Part shown: positions 1 to 15,665 of the stretch, piece after piece | Numbering within the stretch: the first letter of the stretch is position 1 | Layout of the letters: every line of letters begins with the position of its first letter | DNA from: the human T2T-CHM13v2.0 reference genome, Homo sapiens | DNA length: 64,000 nucleotides | Assembly (NCBI RefSeq): GCF_009914755.1 | Contig: NC_060944.1 | Direction: 5' to 3' (one strand) | The notes under the pieces: model-generated | Told to the model about the DNA's origin: nothing | Seen by the model: only the letters and a program-made list of their open reading frames with translations | The model's database searches: none | Program-made: the position numbers and the translations under genes

Positions 1-217
1 TTTAACTTCAAGATTCAAATTTTCATGTCTGTCTTCTAGCACCACATCAAAAATTAATAATCACTGCATATTTCTTTTATAGCTTTGTATTTCCAGATAA
101 GCATTTGACCATTCCATAATACTATGAAAATACTTATTAATGTGTTTACATTTTTGAAAGATCAGTATAAAAATAAATAATGTAACACCCAAGAATCTCT
201 AATTTTTTCCAACCTAC

Positions 218-854
218 CTGATTGCATTTCTCTTCTTGTCTTAGAACACTCGATTCTGGGAGATTTCACAATTTCAGAGGTGCCTGAGTCTAATGTCCTT
301 TGTTTTTCTTCGAGAGAAGAGTCTGTAGTATGTTGAACAATGTTTTTTTTCTCTTTCTTATTTTTTTGTGTAAATTCTTTGCTATCCTTCTTCGGACTTA
401 TGTTTGAATCTATCTTAAATTTACATGAGGTTTTCATTTTTTTAATTCCTATAGAATTATCTAAATCAGTTTTATTTTCAGAACCCTTGTGATTAGCCTT
501 CTTGGTTTCTTTCTTTTTCTCAACTAGATTTTTTGAATCGATTTCTTTTTTAGTCTGGGTTTTTTTCTTCTTTATTTTCTTTTGACTCAATGCTTTGCTA
601 TCTTCACCAGAGAGATTGGAATCAGAATCTGAAAGGTCGTAAAAACGCTTCAAATCCTCTGTAGTGCTATGGCTAATGGGGCGCCCTCTTTTATCCACGG
701 CATAGTTCAACTTGAACTTCTTGTCATGAAACATGGCTCGAAATCTCTTGTCAATTTTGACTTTTCGATCCTTTTCTGGCATTTCCCAAAATCTCGGGTC
801 CTTTGCAACCCGTCTAAACCGCTGGTCACTCATTATTTCTTGTTTGGATGACAT
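218..854 (-). CDS. ESF1: ESF1 first coding exon (exon 2, whole exon 218-897); nucleolar pre-rRNA processing protein, Lys-rich N-terminus
   Basis: ORF MSSKQEIMSDQRFRRVAKDPRFWEMP...VDKRGR matches the ESF1 N-terminus. Acceptor TTTTTCAG ends at 898. Donor CAG|GTAGGT at 217. 637 nt, phase 1. The gene continues left of the window. Confidence 0.96.
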
Positions 855-1267
855 TTTTAATTCTTAATCTCGACCAAATGCTTGAAGAAAACAAATACTG
901 AAAAATAAAACAAATGTTTTAATGGTAATAATGGTTAGTACAATAATTAAATGTTTTAAAACACATTAATTCACAATATATTCTAAGTTAATATATTCTA
1001 AGTTAAGTGTACATAAAATAGAGGTAACAAGTCTAATTTCATCTCTCCAACGTATTCTGGGTCACATGCAAAAAAGCAGAAACATACCAAAATATCCTCT
1101 TTCCATGACAGATCATTTAGAGAAATAAACTTAAGGTAGACAAAGCAGAATCCCAGGGCTTTATGGAGGGGAACAAATGTTTATTCATCCATTGCTCTCA
1201 CTTAGAATTTCTATTTGTATACCAGTATGTGTTACTAATTGAAGGCAAATGTAGTTAAGATTCCCTA

Positions 1268-1551
1268 GGCCGAGTGCGGTGGCTCACCAGCACTTTCGGA
1301 GGCCAAGGCGGGCGGATCACTTGAGCCCAGGAGTTCAGGACCAGCCTGGGTAACATGGTGAATCCCCACAAGAAATACAAAAATGAGCCCGGCATGGTGG
1401 CGCGCGCCTGTAGTCCCAGCTACTTTGGAGGCTAAGGCAAGAGGATCACTTCCACCCGGGAGGTCTTGGCTAGAGTGAGCCTAACGGCACTACAGCACAC
1501 CAGCTGGGGCAACAGAGTGAGACCCTGTCTACCAAAAAAAAGTAAGAAAGA
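1268..1551 (+). mobile_element. Alu (AluJ-like) in ESF1 intron 1
   Basis: Alu dimer with A-tail; TSD AAGATTCCCTA(G) at 1257 and 1552. Confidence 0.92.
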
Positions 1552-2598
1552 AAGATTCCCTAGCCTCCGTTGGCCTCATTTGTTTCTTCACATTCTGGTC
1601 TCATTCTGCTTACTCCTTATCTCCGGCTACTGCCAACAAACAGCCTTTAGTTCTGTAAGACTAGCATTCTAACTAAACAGACCAAAATCAACTCAGGTTT
1701 AGCTAAGAAAGTTTCCTTTTTAAATCCGATCATCCTTCAAAAGTAATAAAAAGTTTAAAAATAAAAAGTAAATTTGAGTCTCCAGGTAAAGTCTCACACC
1801 AGTTAATAAATATCACTTCTTTCTATAATATCTGATTCTACCAGTGATGAAGGCCCAAGTGAGCTCATTCCCCCAAAACATACTAGAACATATACATATG
1901 TGTGTATAAATTAATATTGTTCCCTTGTGAAAAGTCTCCAATGGTTTAGCATCTCTGGATGGGAATTTTGCAAAGAGCCAAAAGTCGTTGATTATTAAGC
2001 AACCCCCCCCCCAAAATGATTAAAAGGGCAATATTTCTTATTTAAAAATCAAGTCCTTTTAATTACACTAACTAGGAAAAAAAAGGAAGCTATCGCTGGT
2101 GCATTTACACATTTTTCGATGTATTACAGCACTTAACTCTCTGAGCAATCTTACGAGGTAGGTACCACCTCAACCAGGAGAAGTACTGCATGTATTGTAA
2201 ATGTTTAGAAGGAAAGCACTCATTATATGTCAGATAATCCGAGAGAGGGGAAGGCGACCGGACCTCACTCCCGACACGCGCCCGCATCCCCGTAGCCCAC
2301 CCTCCCCTTCTGCCCGCTCTCTAATTCGGAGAACACAGGGCTGGCCCCTGAACTAGGGTCTCCTTTCCACCTCCTGTACCGCAGGGGGGCAGCTAACAGA
2401 CTGATTCGAGAAGCGACCCTGAAAAGGATCGATGAAGACTGAAGAATGAGACCGAAAAAGGCTCAGGAGGAAGGGGCAAAACCCCTCGCAGATCCGAAAG
2501 AGATCCTGTTAGAGACTAGTTTTTTCCCCGCGCCACACACACACACGCCCTCAAGCCCTTCATCTCGAGCTCTTCAACTCCAGTCCATCCCCACTCAC

Positions 2599-2680
2599 CG
2601 TCCGCAGTCCTACCAAGCCTCACGTGGGGCTCACACCCACAATCCTCCGCGTGACGCTCCGCCGTAATGGCAAGCGAACT
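2599..2680 (-). other. ESF1: ESF1 non-coding exon 1 (5' UTR; start site approximate)
   Basis: Consensus donor CG|GTGAGT on the minus strand at 2598-2593, inside the CpG island and upstream of exon 2. Confidence 0.75.
2621..2626. promoter_or_regulatory. Canonical E-box CACGTG (MYC/MAX or USF type)
   Basis: Exact hexamer within the CpG island. Confidence 0.45.
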
Positions 2681-2682
2681 AG

Positions 2683-3087
<405 letters not shown>

Positions 3088-3369
3088 TAGTTCCGGCTAG
3101 GCCCCGAGCTCACCCCACCTAGCCGTCTGACCTTGACCAGCAGCCCTGCCTCTTTCGGCCTCTACTGTAATCACGCAAGGCCTGGCCTCGGATATTTGTA
3201 ACATGCTTTCATTCATTCATGCATTCATTTCGGCAACGTCCTTGAGGCTGAAAGGACCTTATAGAGGCCTCCAGTGAAGCTCCGGAGAGGGAGAGAGTGG
3301 GAGAGAAGGTTAGGAGGACCCAAATCATCAGGGCCTTGCAGGATAGGGACTTGGGGTTTTCTTCTGTAT

Positions 3370-3698
3370 CTGCACTGTCCAGCCAGTATGGTAACTGCCG
3401 GCCACACATGTGGCTGTTGAACACTTGAAAGGTGACTAGTCCAATTGAGATGTGTTGTAAAATACACACGAGTATAGTGACTTAGTATGAAAAAAGGATG
3501 TAAAATAGCTCATTAAGAGCTTTTATATTGATTACATGTTGCAGTGATTATTTTTGATATATTGGGTCACATGAAATATATTAAATATAAATTTAAATTT
3601 TTCAATTAAAATTTCTCTCGTTTTTACTTTTTTTCTTATGTGGCTACTAGAAAATTTGAAATTACATATGTGGCTCTCATGATTTTTGGTCAGCACTG
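3370..3698 (-). mobile_element. MER33 (hAT-Charlie DNA transposon)
   Basis: Ends CTGCACTGTCC and CAGCACTG; internal ATGTGGCTACTAGAAAATTTGAAATTACATATGTGGCTC matches recalled consensus. Confidence 0.75.
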
Positions 3699-4791
3699 CT
3701 CTAGGGGAATGTGAAGCTCTTGTTTTAATCAGTGGAGTGATCTGACTTATGTTTTAGGAAGATCAAATTAAGATTTCTGATTTGTCTTGGCTCGTTTGAG
3801 AAACCTTTCTCCCTGCCCAGGTGAGCCAGAGACTGAGGGTTTCTACTTTCAGGACACGCATTCTCAAGTTCAGGCCTCAGTAAATTTTTATTCAGGAGTG
3901 GAACAAAGTTGGAGTCAAGTATAATGCAACAAACAGTTATTGAACTCATAGCTTGAGCAGAGCTCTGTGCAAGTACAGGTCTGATCAGATGATTGACAGG
4001 GTGTCTTTCTCAGGAAGTCTTAGGCTGGTAATGTCTATTATAGGAAGTTTACTACCAATAAATTTTTTGTGTCTCACTTGTAAGGCATGGTGCACGTACT
4101 ACACTGCTGATGTCGTGTACTTAGAAGATGTGCGCTCATAGCCCTTTCCCTCCAAAGAAAGCACCTGGACTACAACTTGATTGAGGCCTCGCCAATTTGT
4201 GAGACTAGAACAAATAAGATAAAGTATATGAGAGTTCTTTTTATAATAAACATAGGGTGTTCATATTAGGAATGACGTACAAGGTGGACTCCTGGGAAAA
4301 ACATCTACGCTCCCTTCTCCCTTGCCCTTCTCTCAAAAAGCAGGTACATCTGTGTTTGGAACTTTTAAGTCCTAAGAGCAACTCTGGGGTGTTTATGAGG
4401 GAATGAGTGGAATGTGGGGAATACTAGACTCCCACGTCTTTATTGCTACCAGATGAAGCTAGGCCAGCAAAAGGTGGTGCTTACCTTATGACTCTTAAAT
4501 TGGGATGGGATTGGAGCAGGGGAGGTGCACTTTCCTCAGATTTGGCTTTTTCTAACTTGCGAATGTCACTCAGAAAAGTTGTTCATTTATGAGTTCCACA
4601 AAATTTGTTAGTCATCAAATAATAGAGTTTTTCTTAAGTGACCACTTACATACTCATCTACAATAAACCCCAACTAACTAATTTTTCACTTTGTGTACCT
4701 CATGCTAATATCCGTGGACAGTAATGTGCCTGTTGTGTTCCTTTTGCTTTTCATCCTTGTGATCTTATGTCACATGGAATGTAAAGGCCAC

Positions 4792-4827
4792 ATATATATA
4801 TGTGTGTGTGTGTGTGTGTATATGTAT
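4792..4827. repeat. (TA)n(TG)n microsatellite
   Basis: ATATATATA followed by (TG)9 and TATATGTATA. Confidence 0.9.
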
Positions 4828-5046
4828 ATTTTTAAGAATATTTAGTCTGGATTTCATGAAATTGACTTCTGAAATAATTTGCCTCAATTTTGTTTCCTGG
4901 TGGTTTGAGAAGAAAGTTCCTGTGGTGAAATTGAAAAGGGGATAAAGGGAAGTACTTATTTTAAAACATAAGTAACTTGTGGATTGTTGAATACTGGAAA
5001 AAGAGTGTTACTTCCCCGTTAACCTACGCCTCGTGTAATCCTTCAG

Positions 5047-5087
5047 GTTGGAAGTCGGATCGCAGACCGTGTATATGACATACCCAG
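5047..5087 (+). CDS. NDUFAF5: NDUFAF5 exon 2
   Basis: cttcag|VGSRIADRVYDIP(R)|gtaagt; 41 nt. Confidence 0.95.
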
Positions 5088-6279
5088 GTAAGTGGTGGTG
5101 ATCATAATACAATACCATCAACTTTTGAGTGGAAATTCAGGAGATTAAATGCTGAGAACTTGCTATCTGAAATGGCAGAACCTGGAAGAATTTACTCAGA
5201 CTGGTGATTTAAATCACTCTGTAAGTCTCCTTTTTCTTGTCTGGAGAGCAAATGTTTTCTTCATTGTTGCCTGAAAAAAGAAAAGAATGTGTGGAAGCAC
5301 AACTCGTATCTATCTCCAAGCCTGAATCCACTTGATTTGGCCAAAAGCAAGTAATAGAAAGATTGCTCCAAAAATGGAGATACTTAACAACATGCGAATT
5401 TTTAACATCCGAAGCCTCTGTACCTAACTGTGCCATATTGCCTGTGTTCATCATCAAGATATAGGGCATTAGGTAAATAAGGTTATCTACCACCAGGGAT
5501 TCTCCAGCTATGTACTATAATTTTGACAAAGCTTTTTAAAAACAAATTGCAATGGGGCTCTTTTTGTTCCAGTTTTTCAGGAAGAATGTTCTTAGTAGAT
5601 AAAATTTTAAGTTTTCTTATTATAGGTTTTTTTTTTTAAACCTATGGCCTACAATTAGATGTCTGTACCAATGTAGCATAACATAGTGTATTTAGAGGAG
5701 ACAGCATGGCATGGAGGATAATAGTTCCAGCTCAGGATTCAGACTGACCGAATTCAAGTGTTGACTGCCCCTTATTAGTTGAGGCACTTGGTTTGACTTA
5801 CTTAGCTTCAGACACTTAGCACAGTACTTTGAACCTGGTACGTTTTCAGTAAAAGTTTAACTGTTACTTAAGTTCTTATTTTTTAGTTTAACATTAATAC
5901 TTAATGGTATTTCACATGATGATTTCTAAGTATTCCACTGCTTCAAGAAGTCTGAGAAATAGGGATAATTATTGATAAGTATGTCAGTTATTTTCAAGTT
6001 AATTTACATTAGCTTCTTTGCATTCTTTATCTGGATGTATTATTGAGTTAAAATATCCTCATTAAATCTGTTCTTCGAGTCCACATCATGGAGCCACCTG
6101 GTGGAAAGCTGGCTCATCACAAGGTCCTGTGAATAGCTAGCAGACAGACTTGCCTTGTACTGTAGGCTCTGGTATATACAGCTTGTAAGGTGAGGCTGAA
6201 AAGGCAGATGATGTAGCCTTCTGGAAGTTGTGTTTACTGGAATGATTTTACCTAAGAAAAAATAATTCTTAATTTATAG

Positions 6280-6423
<144 letters not shown>

Positions 6424-6800
6424 TAACATTGGCTAATTTTAAAGAAAGACTTTCCTAATCAGTTTAGCTTGCAACATATTTAGATTTTAATTATATCAGA
6501 ATTGTTAATTTGTTTTTTTTTTTAAGTGGTAGAATCAATGGTGGTTTTCTCCCTTCTTTAGAATTTTTTTCTTAAAGGGTTTTTCTCTGAATCCATTATA
6601 TATTATGTTTCTACCGATAATTTATTTGAATCTATAGAAGATATATTTCTCTTTGTTCACATTTTTTTATAATTACCATAAAAATCAGATTGGCATTCAT
6701 ACAGAAAATGTGACTTTTAGCTAGAAAAATATTAATTTTATCAGTTGATTAGAAATCTTTCTGTATCATTAAATATAAGTAGCTTTATTAATGCTTATAA

Positions 6801-7510
<710 letters not shown>

Positions 7511-8099
7511 TCATAAAGTGGAATTTCTACGTAAAATCTGCTTAGATAAAACCATAGACTTGGGCCAGGGTGAGGAAGGGAGTGGTGGGGCTCCTAAAAC
7601 ACTATTATTGGTAATAGTAAATGCCATAGAAATGGTGCAGTCATTAAAGTGCAACAGGAATTAGGGGAAAAGAAAAAATCAGTAGGAGTTCATGTGGTCA
7701 AGGATTCTCAGGGGGCACAGAATCTGACCTGGGATTTGAAAGAATTTGAGTTGGTGGTTCCCAGCATTGGAAATCAGGGCATGGCAGGAGGAAAGGCACA
7801 GAGGTAGAATGCTGTAGGGTGTGATATAGTGATATTTAAGGAAGATTAATCTGGGGATGGCATTCGAGAAAGATTGAAGAAGAGAAAGGGTAGAGAAACC
7901 CATCAGAAGGCTGTGTTAAAGGCATTGCAGGCATGAGAAATAAAGGCCTGCCACCCATGCAGAGCCAGCACATATAAATGATGGGATGTATGAGAGAGAC
8001 CTGGAAGTATCAACAGAACTTGATGACTGATCAGATATGGTAGGCAGAGCAAATCTATTCTTTTAGTAACTCACGCCAAAAAACATTTTTATTGATTCC

Positions 8100-8785
8100 T
8101 CTTATATCCTTCTCTCCCACATCTAATCCGTCAGCAGCTTTTATTTGCATTTCAAAATATAACCAAACTCTTATGTCTTCTTGCCACCTTCCCCATCACC
8201 GTGCTGTTCAGCTATCATCGCCCCTTGCCTAGATTATTGCAGTAGCCTCCTATTGGTCTCCCTGCTTTACCTTTGTCCCTGACAGTCTGTTGTCATGGCA
8301 AAGTATCCTCGTAAAACACAAATCAAATCATTGTCAGTCCTCTGCCCAGAACTGTTAGTTTGTCATCTAGTTTAGTAGTAATCCAGAGTCCTAATCTATA
8401 AGACCCTCAGGATTCTGTTTTTTTATCATGTCTCTGATCCCATCTTCTTCCTTTCACTCCCAACTTTTCAGCAACCCTGGCCTCCTTGCAGTCTCTCAAA
8501 CAGGCCAGAGCTTTGCTCTATGCTCTTCCCCAAGGTATCTGTGTGTCTTAGTTGCTCACCTGTCAGATCTTTACTCAGCTGACTTCATCAAAGATTCCTC
8601 CCGTGACTGCTTTAGAAAATAGTGCCCCTGCTTTCTGCCGACTAGTTGCTTTATTTGCTTCCATAGCACTTACAAGCTCCTGATGTATGTTTATTTGGTG
8701 TCTTTCTTCTCTTACTGGATTTGCTCATTTTTGATCACTACTAAATCCTAGTACCTAAATCACAATGAGTATTTATTAAATGACT
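8100..8785 (+). mobile_element. L2 fragment
   Basis: TTGCCTAGATTATTGCAGTAGCCTCCTATTGGTCTCCCTGCT is typical of the L2 3' region. Confidence 0.7.
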
Positions 8786-9607
8786 ATTGCAAGATAACTT
8801 TAGAGTTTAAGTTACACCTTTTGTGACTGGAAAATTCAGGGGATGTGATGTGGCAAGGAGCACGGGATCATTCCTGTTTTAGATATGTTGAGTTTGAGAT
8901 GGCAGTGGAATATGGTAGTATAAATAGCTGGCAGGTAGTTGGAAATGTGGAACTGGAATTGGGATATTGAGGTTAAGAGCATTGACTTGAAGTCAGGGCT
9001 TCAAACTTCAGCTCTGCCACTGTCTGTGTATACTCAGACCTTGGGCCAATCAATTGCTCTAGACCTCAGTTTCTATAAAATATGATCAATAATACCCATC
9101 TCAAAAGGTTGGTAAGGGGATTAAGTGAGGCAAAGTAAACCTGTCAAAGGAGGCTATAGTTCTTATTTGGAAGTCCCTTTCAGAAGTGACAATTGAAGCC
9201 GTAGAAATAGGTAAACTCTCTGAGGCAAGAATATAGAAAAGAACCTTCTGCAATTGTACTTAGGGTTGGGAGAAAGAGGAAGAGCCAATAAAGATGCCAG
9301 GAATAGTAAGATGGAAAGTGTCTTAGTAAGGTATCTTTTGATTGTTGAAAGCAAAAATGTGCTGAAGCCAGTTTAAACACAGAGACATTTGTTACAGAGA
9401 GGCTCTTATGTAACTCAGGGATCCAGAAATAGAGCCAGGCCTCACAAGAGATGGGAACTTTGAAACACCATAACAATGTTCCTCCTGTTCGCATGCACTC
9501 TGGTACTACATGAATGCTGTCTGGTTGCCTTCATTCTTTTTACTCCCTGTAGTCTATCCATAGTAGTGTTCATCAGTGTGTGTGGCCCCATATGAATATG
9601 CTACACC

Positions 9608-9787
9608 CAATGGTAGCTGAAGCTAGCTTAGGCCAGCCTGTGAGAGCCAATTGTTAGCATCTCTTCCCAACCTCTGTTCTGTGACATCATATTGATAGCT
9701 TGACATCAGCCCTGGTGGGAATATTTATACCATGGAAGTTGGCAAATGCTACAAAGCAGTCCCCAACCAAGAGCCAGCACACCACTG
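9608..9787 (+). mobile_element. MER63A-like hAT-Blackjack element
   Basis: GAGAGCCAATTG...CATCTCTTCCCAAC...GGCAAATGCTACAA...CCAGCACACCACTG end; degenerate 8-bp TSD GCTACACC/CCTATACC. Confidence 0.7.
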
Positions 9788-9917
9788 CCTATACCCTGAA
9801 GTCTAAATGTTCTTCCAACTCCAGGGACCTCTGCTATTATCTCGAAGTCTCTTAGTTCAAATTTTCAAGTGAGAGACAGGGATAGATAATCCTGTCCATC
9901 TAATTCTTCACCCCTCA

Positions 9918-10006
9918 CAGGAGTGTGCTGGAGCTGGCTCATGAGAGCTATTGAGCACTCTTCCCAGCTCCATATTTAGCAACATCATGTTGGTAGCATG
10001 AAATCT
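9918..10006 (+). mobile_element. Second, 3'-truncated MER63A-like copy
   Basis: GTGTGCTGGAGCTGGCTC..GAGAGC..CTCTTCCCAGCTCC..CATGTTGGTAGC. Confidence 0.6.
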
Positions 10007-10913
10007 TTCCAAGTTTCAGACAGGGAAGTGGGTGTGGGTAAAGTAAAAAAGGATTGGCTTCTCTAATAGAGAAGGGCAGCCAGAGTAGAAGCTTCTGAAG
10101 AAGCTTCTAGTAGGCTGTTGACAATGCTGTGCTTCAAAGAGGTCAGGTGAAGCAGGACTGAGAGCAGTGAGCACAGACTGCAGATAGTGTTAGCAGAGCA
10201 GTGAAAGCAAAGAGATACCCAGAATGGGGAGAAAGAATCTAGGAAGAAGTAGAGTTGTGGATTATAAACCAAACAACCAGAAGGTACCTAGAGGGAGGAG
10301 ATTTTTTGTAATTGGAAAGCTTGTGCCTGTTGTAAGGTGGAGGAAGGAGACACAGAAGACACAGACTAAAGATTGATAGAGATGGAGATGGAGAGAGCAG
10401 GATCCCGGAGAAAAGAGGGCTGAGGGGGAAAGAAAGTGTTTTTCTGGTGCAGAAATAGCACAGTCTCCTTTCCTTTTGGAAGGGAGAGAGGGTAGGCGAA
10501 ACAGGGAAAATGGAACCCTAAGCCTCTACCTGTAAGTCTTTCTTTACTCTGTAAACTCTTTGGATGAACAACTAAAAGGCGGGAAACTCATAGCAGGTCC
10601 TTTGTGACACAGGAGTGGGGAAATAGCTCTTAGCATGTTATGCCATGGAAAAGTTAACAGGGAAGCCCTCACCCAGTGTAGTAAATTCGGAATGTTGAAT
10701 ACGCATACTCATGTTCTCTATTTTATTACATATAGTTAAATATAGCAAAGGATATGTGTTATTAAAAGTATTTGTGTACCATACTGGTTTTATGCAGAAA
10801 TATACCTTTACAAAGCTGAAAATTAAAATGTAATTAACACTTTTACCTTTAGAAATGTCAGCAATTGTTTGTGACTGGATTTGTTTGTTTCAGCTTCAGT
10901 TATTCCATTGCAG

Positions 10914-10961
10914 GAAACTATTGGAAAGTTTTTCCAAGCTGACATTGCAGAAAATGCTTTG
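10914..10961 (+). CDS. NDUFAF5: NDUFAF5 exon 4
   Basis: ttgcag|ETIGKFFQADIAENAL|gtaggt; 48 nt. Confidence 0.93.
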
Positions 10962-11049
10962 GTAGGTAGCTTTTTAATACTGTTGGTTTCTAATCTCGTG
11001 ATGTGTTTTCTCATATTTTATTTCTTTATTTTTATTTCCTTCAAACTAG

Positions 11050-12312
<1,263 letters not shown>

Positions 12313-12571
12313 AAACTAGCTTTCTGAGATTTGTTTTGGTGTGAGGTTGGTATCCTGTTTATGTTGTTTCAACTAGTTAGCCATTTTTTCTGGCTGATGT
12401 TAAGTCATTTAAGAAATGCTTTTTGGGTGCCTTCTCTGTGCCACCTTTGGGAAGGGGGGTAGAAACTGCCAAGTAAATATAACATTGACTTCAATTTAAC
12501 AAACAGTGATTGTGTTAGTAATTGAGATTCTACATAAATGTGATTTTGATCTTTCGTTTTCTTAACATTAG

Positions 12572-12902
<331 letters not shown>

Positions 12903-13270
12903 TGAACTTCCTAAAGTTCATCTGTGATAGAAGGTTTTTCTCCCCAGTGCATCTTAATATTTTGGAATTGCTCTTGTTGGGAGCAGGAGTTTGAAAGAGC
13001 ATATTGGCTCCTGTATTCAAATGTTAGAGCAATTCCAAAATAATAAGTTACATTGGGGAGAAAACCCTTCTATCACAGATGAGTTTAGCAAGTTGGGGGA
13101 AAAAAAAGTTGAGGCACTATATCATATTATCTCCACCAGAGAGCATAGAATATATTCTTTCAAACTCCTGCTCCCAACAATCATAACTCATTCTGGACAA
13201 ATTCTGGACAAACTCATTCTGGACAAACTCAAACTAGGACAGCTAGTTTTCCTTTAGCCTTAATTCTTCT

Positions 13271-13665
<395 letters not shown>

Positions 13666-13872
13666 TCAAATAGGTTATAGGATACAAGGCACTGAGCCAG
13701 ATTTTTGGGTGAATACAAAAATGAATTAGGGATCCTGTCCTCAAATAACTCAGTCTAACAGAAAAAATATCTTTGTGGTATCTTCTTTCTCCTGTCTTAT
13801 AGTCAAATAGATTTTCTTTCAGAAGTTCAGCAGGCTCTCCACGTCCAGTTCAACTCTTTCGATAGCTGTTTT

Positions 13873-13957
13873 TAGGGTGACCAGTCATCAAGGTGTGCCC
13901 AGGACTTTGCCACTTTTGGCCTGAAAGTCTTATGTTCTGGGAAAGCTGGTCACCCTT
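13873..13957. mobile_element. MER81-like MITE (hAT-Blackjack)
   Basis: Perfect 11-bp TIR AGGGTGACCAG/CTGGTCACCCT; TSD GCTGTTTT/GATGTTTT. Confidence 0.75.
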
Positions 13958-14393
13958 GATGTTTTCTTTCGTGAGTGTGTAATTCCTTCCCTGGTTTTTT
14001 AGATGTGCTGAACAAAGTTAGAAAACTACTCACATTCTGTCATGAAATGAAAAATATGCAGAGCCTTGGTCTATAAAGAACCCTGGGCAGGGAGTCAGAA
14101 CCTGAGTTTTTATGTTAGCTCATCTGCTTGCTATTTGCAGGTGACTAATTCTGTTGCTTTCTGTTTTCCCATAAGTATGATAGAGTTTATAGTATGAGCT
14201 CCTTAGTTTTTAAAGTATCTAATACTTGTCGAAAAGCATTAGGAAAGATAAACATGAGCTTAACACAGTATGGTTTGAAATGGACATTCAGTTCTGTCCT
14301 GGAACTCAGCATAAGGGGAGGCAGTTATACCAGAAAAGTGTGACCGTACTCTAAGGAGACTGGGAATATGACTTTCGCTGTCACGCATGACTA

Positions 14394-14725
<332 letters not shown>

Positions 14726-14789
14726 TTAAGAGATTAAGTTTCAGTGTATACAGCTCTGGTTTTTGTTTGTTTTTATCACCTTAAAAAAT

Positions 14790-15665
14790 GGATGTACCAC
14801 ACACCTACTAGAATGGCCAAAATCCAGGACACTGACAACACTAAATGCGACAAGGATGTGGAGTTCATTATTGGTGGGAATGCGAAATGGTACAGGCACT
14901 TTGCAAGATAGGTTGGTTGTTTCCTACAAAACTAAACATACTCTTAGCGTACGATCCAGCGATTGCATGCTCCTTGGTGTTTACCCAAAGGAGATGAAAA
15001 CTTACGTCCACGCAAAAACCTGCACACAAATGTTTATAGTAGCCTTATTCATAATTGCCAAAATTTGGAAGCAGCCAAGATGTCCTTCAGTAGGTGAATG
15101 GATAAACTTTGTTGTATCCAAACAACAGAATATTATTCAGCACTAAAAAGAAACTGTCAAGCCATTAAAATATTTGGAGGAAACTTAAATGCGTATTACT
15201 GAATGACAGAAGCTAATCTGAAAAGGCTACATAGTGTGTAATTCCAACTGTGACAATCTGGAAAAAGCAAACTCTGGAGACAGTGAAAAAGATTGGTGAT
15301 TGCCAGGGGTTGTGTAGGGGAAGGATGAATAGGTGGAGCACAGAGGATTTTTAGGGCAGTAAAGCTACTCTATGATACTATTATAATATTGGATATATGA
15401 CATTACACGTTTATCCAAACCCTTAGAATATACAACACCAAAAGTGAACCTTAATGTAAACTATGGACTTGGGGGATAATCACTTATCAGTATAGCTTCA
15501 TCAGTTGTAACAAATATACACTCTGGAGATATTGATAATGGGGGAGGCTGTGCATGTGTGGGAATAGGAGTATGTAAAAAAATCTCTGGGTTTTCCTCTT
15601 AATTTTGCTGTAAACCTAAAACTGCTCCAAAAATAATTAAAAATAAAGTCTTAAAAATTGATTTT
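14790..15665 (+). mobile_element. L1MC-type 3' end (ORF2 C-terminus and 3' UTR)
   Basis: ORF 14763-15146 reads YPKEMKTYVHAKTCTQMFIVALFIIAKIWKQPRCPSVGEWIN, like the L1 ORF2 tail; flanked by AAAAAATGG repeats. Confidence 0.85.

Noticed and set aside
162-217. C-terminal part of the 230-aa ESF1 ORF (GRLEKIRDSWVLHYLFLY)
   Set aside because: Read-through into intron 2 past the CAG|GTAGGT donor
5915-5954. ATGATGA...CTGA C/D-box-like pair in intron 2
   Set aside because: Only about 40 nt apart and no terminal stem; too short for a snoRNA
14763-15146. 127-aa ORF
   Set aside because: Degenerate L1 ORF2 C-terminus, not a host gene
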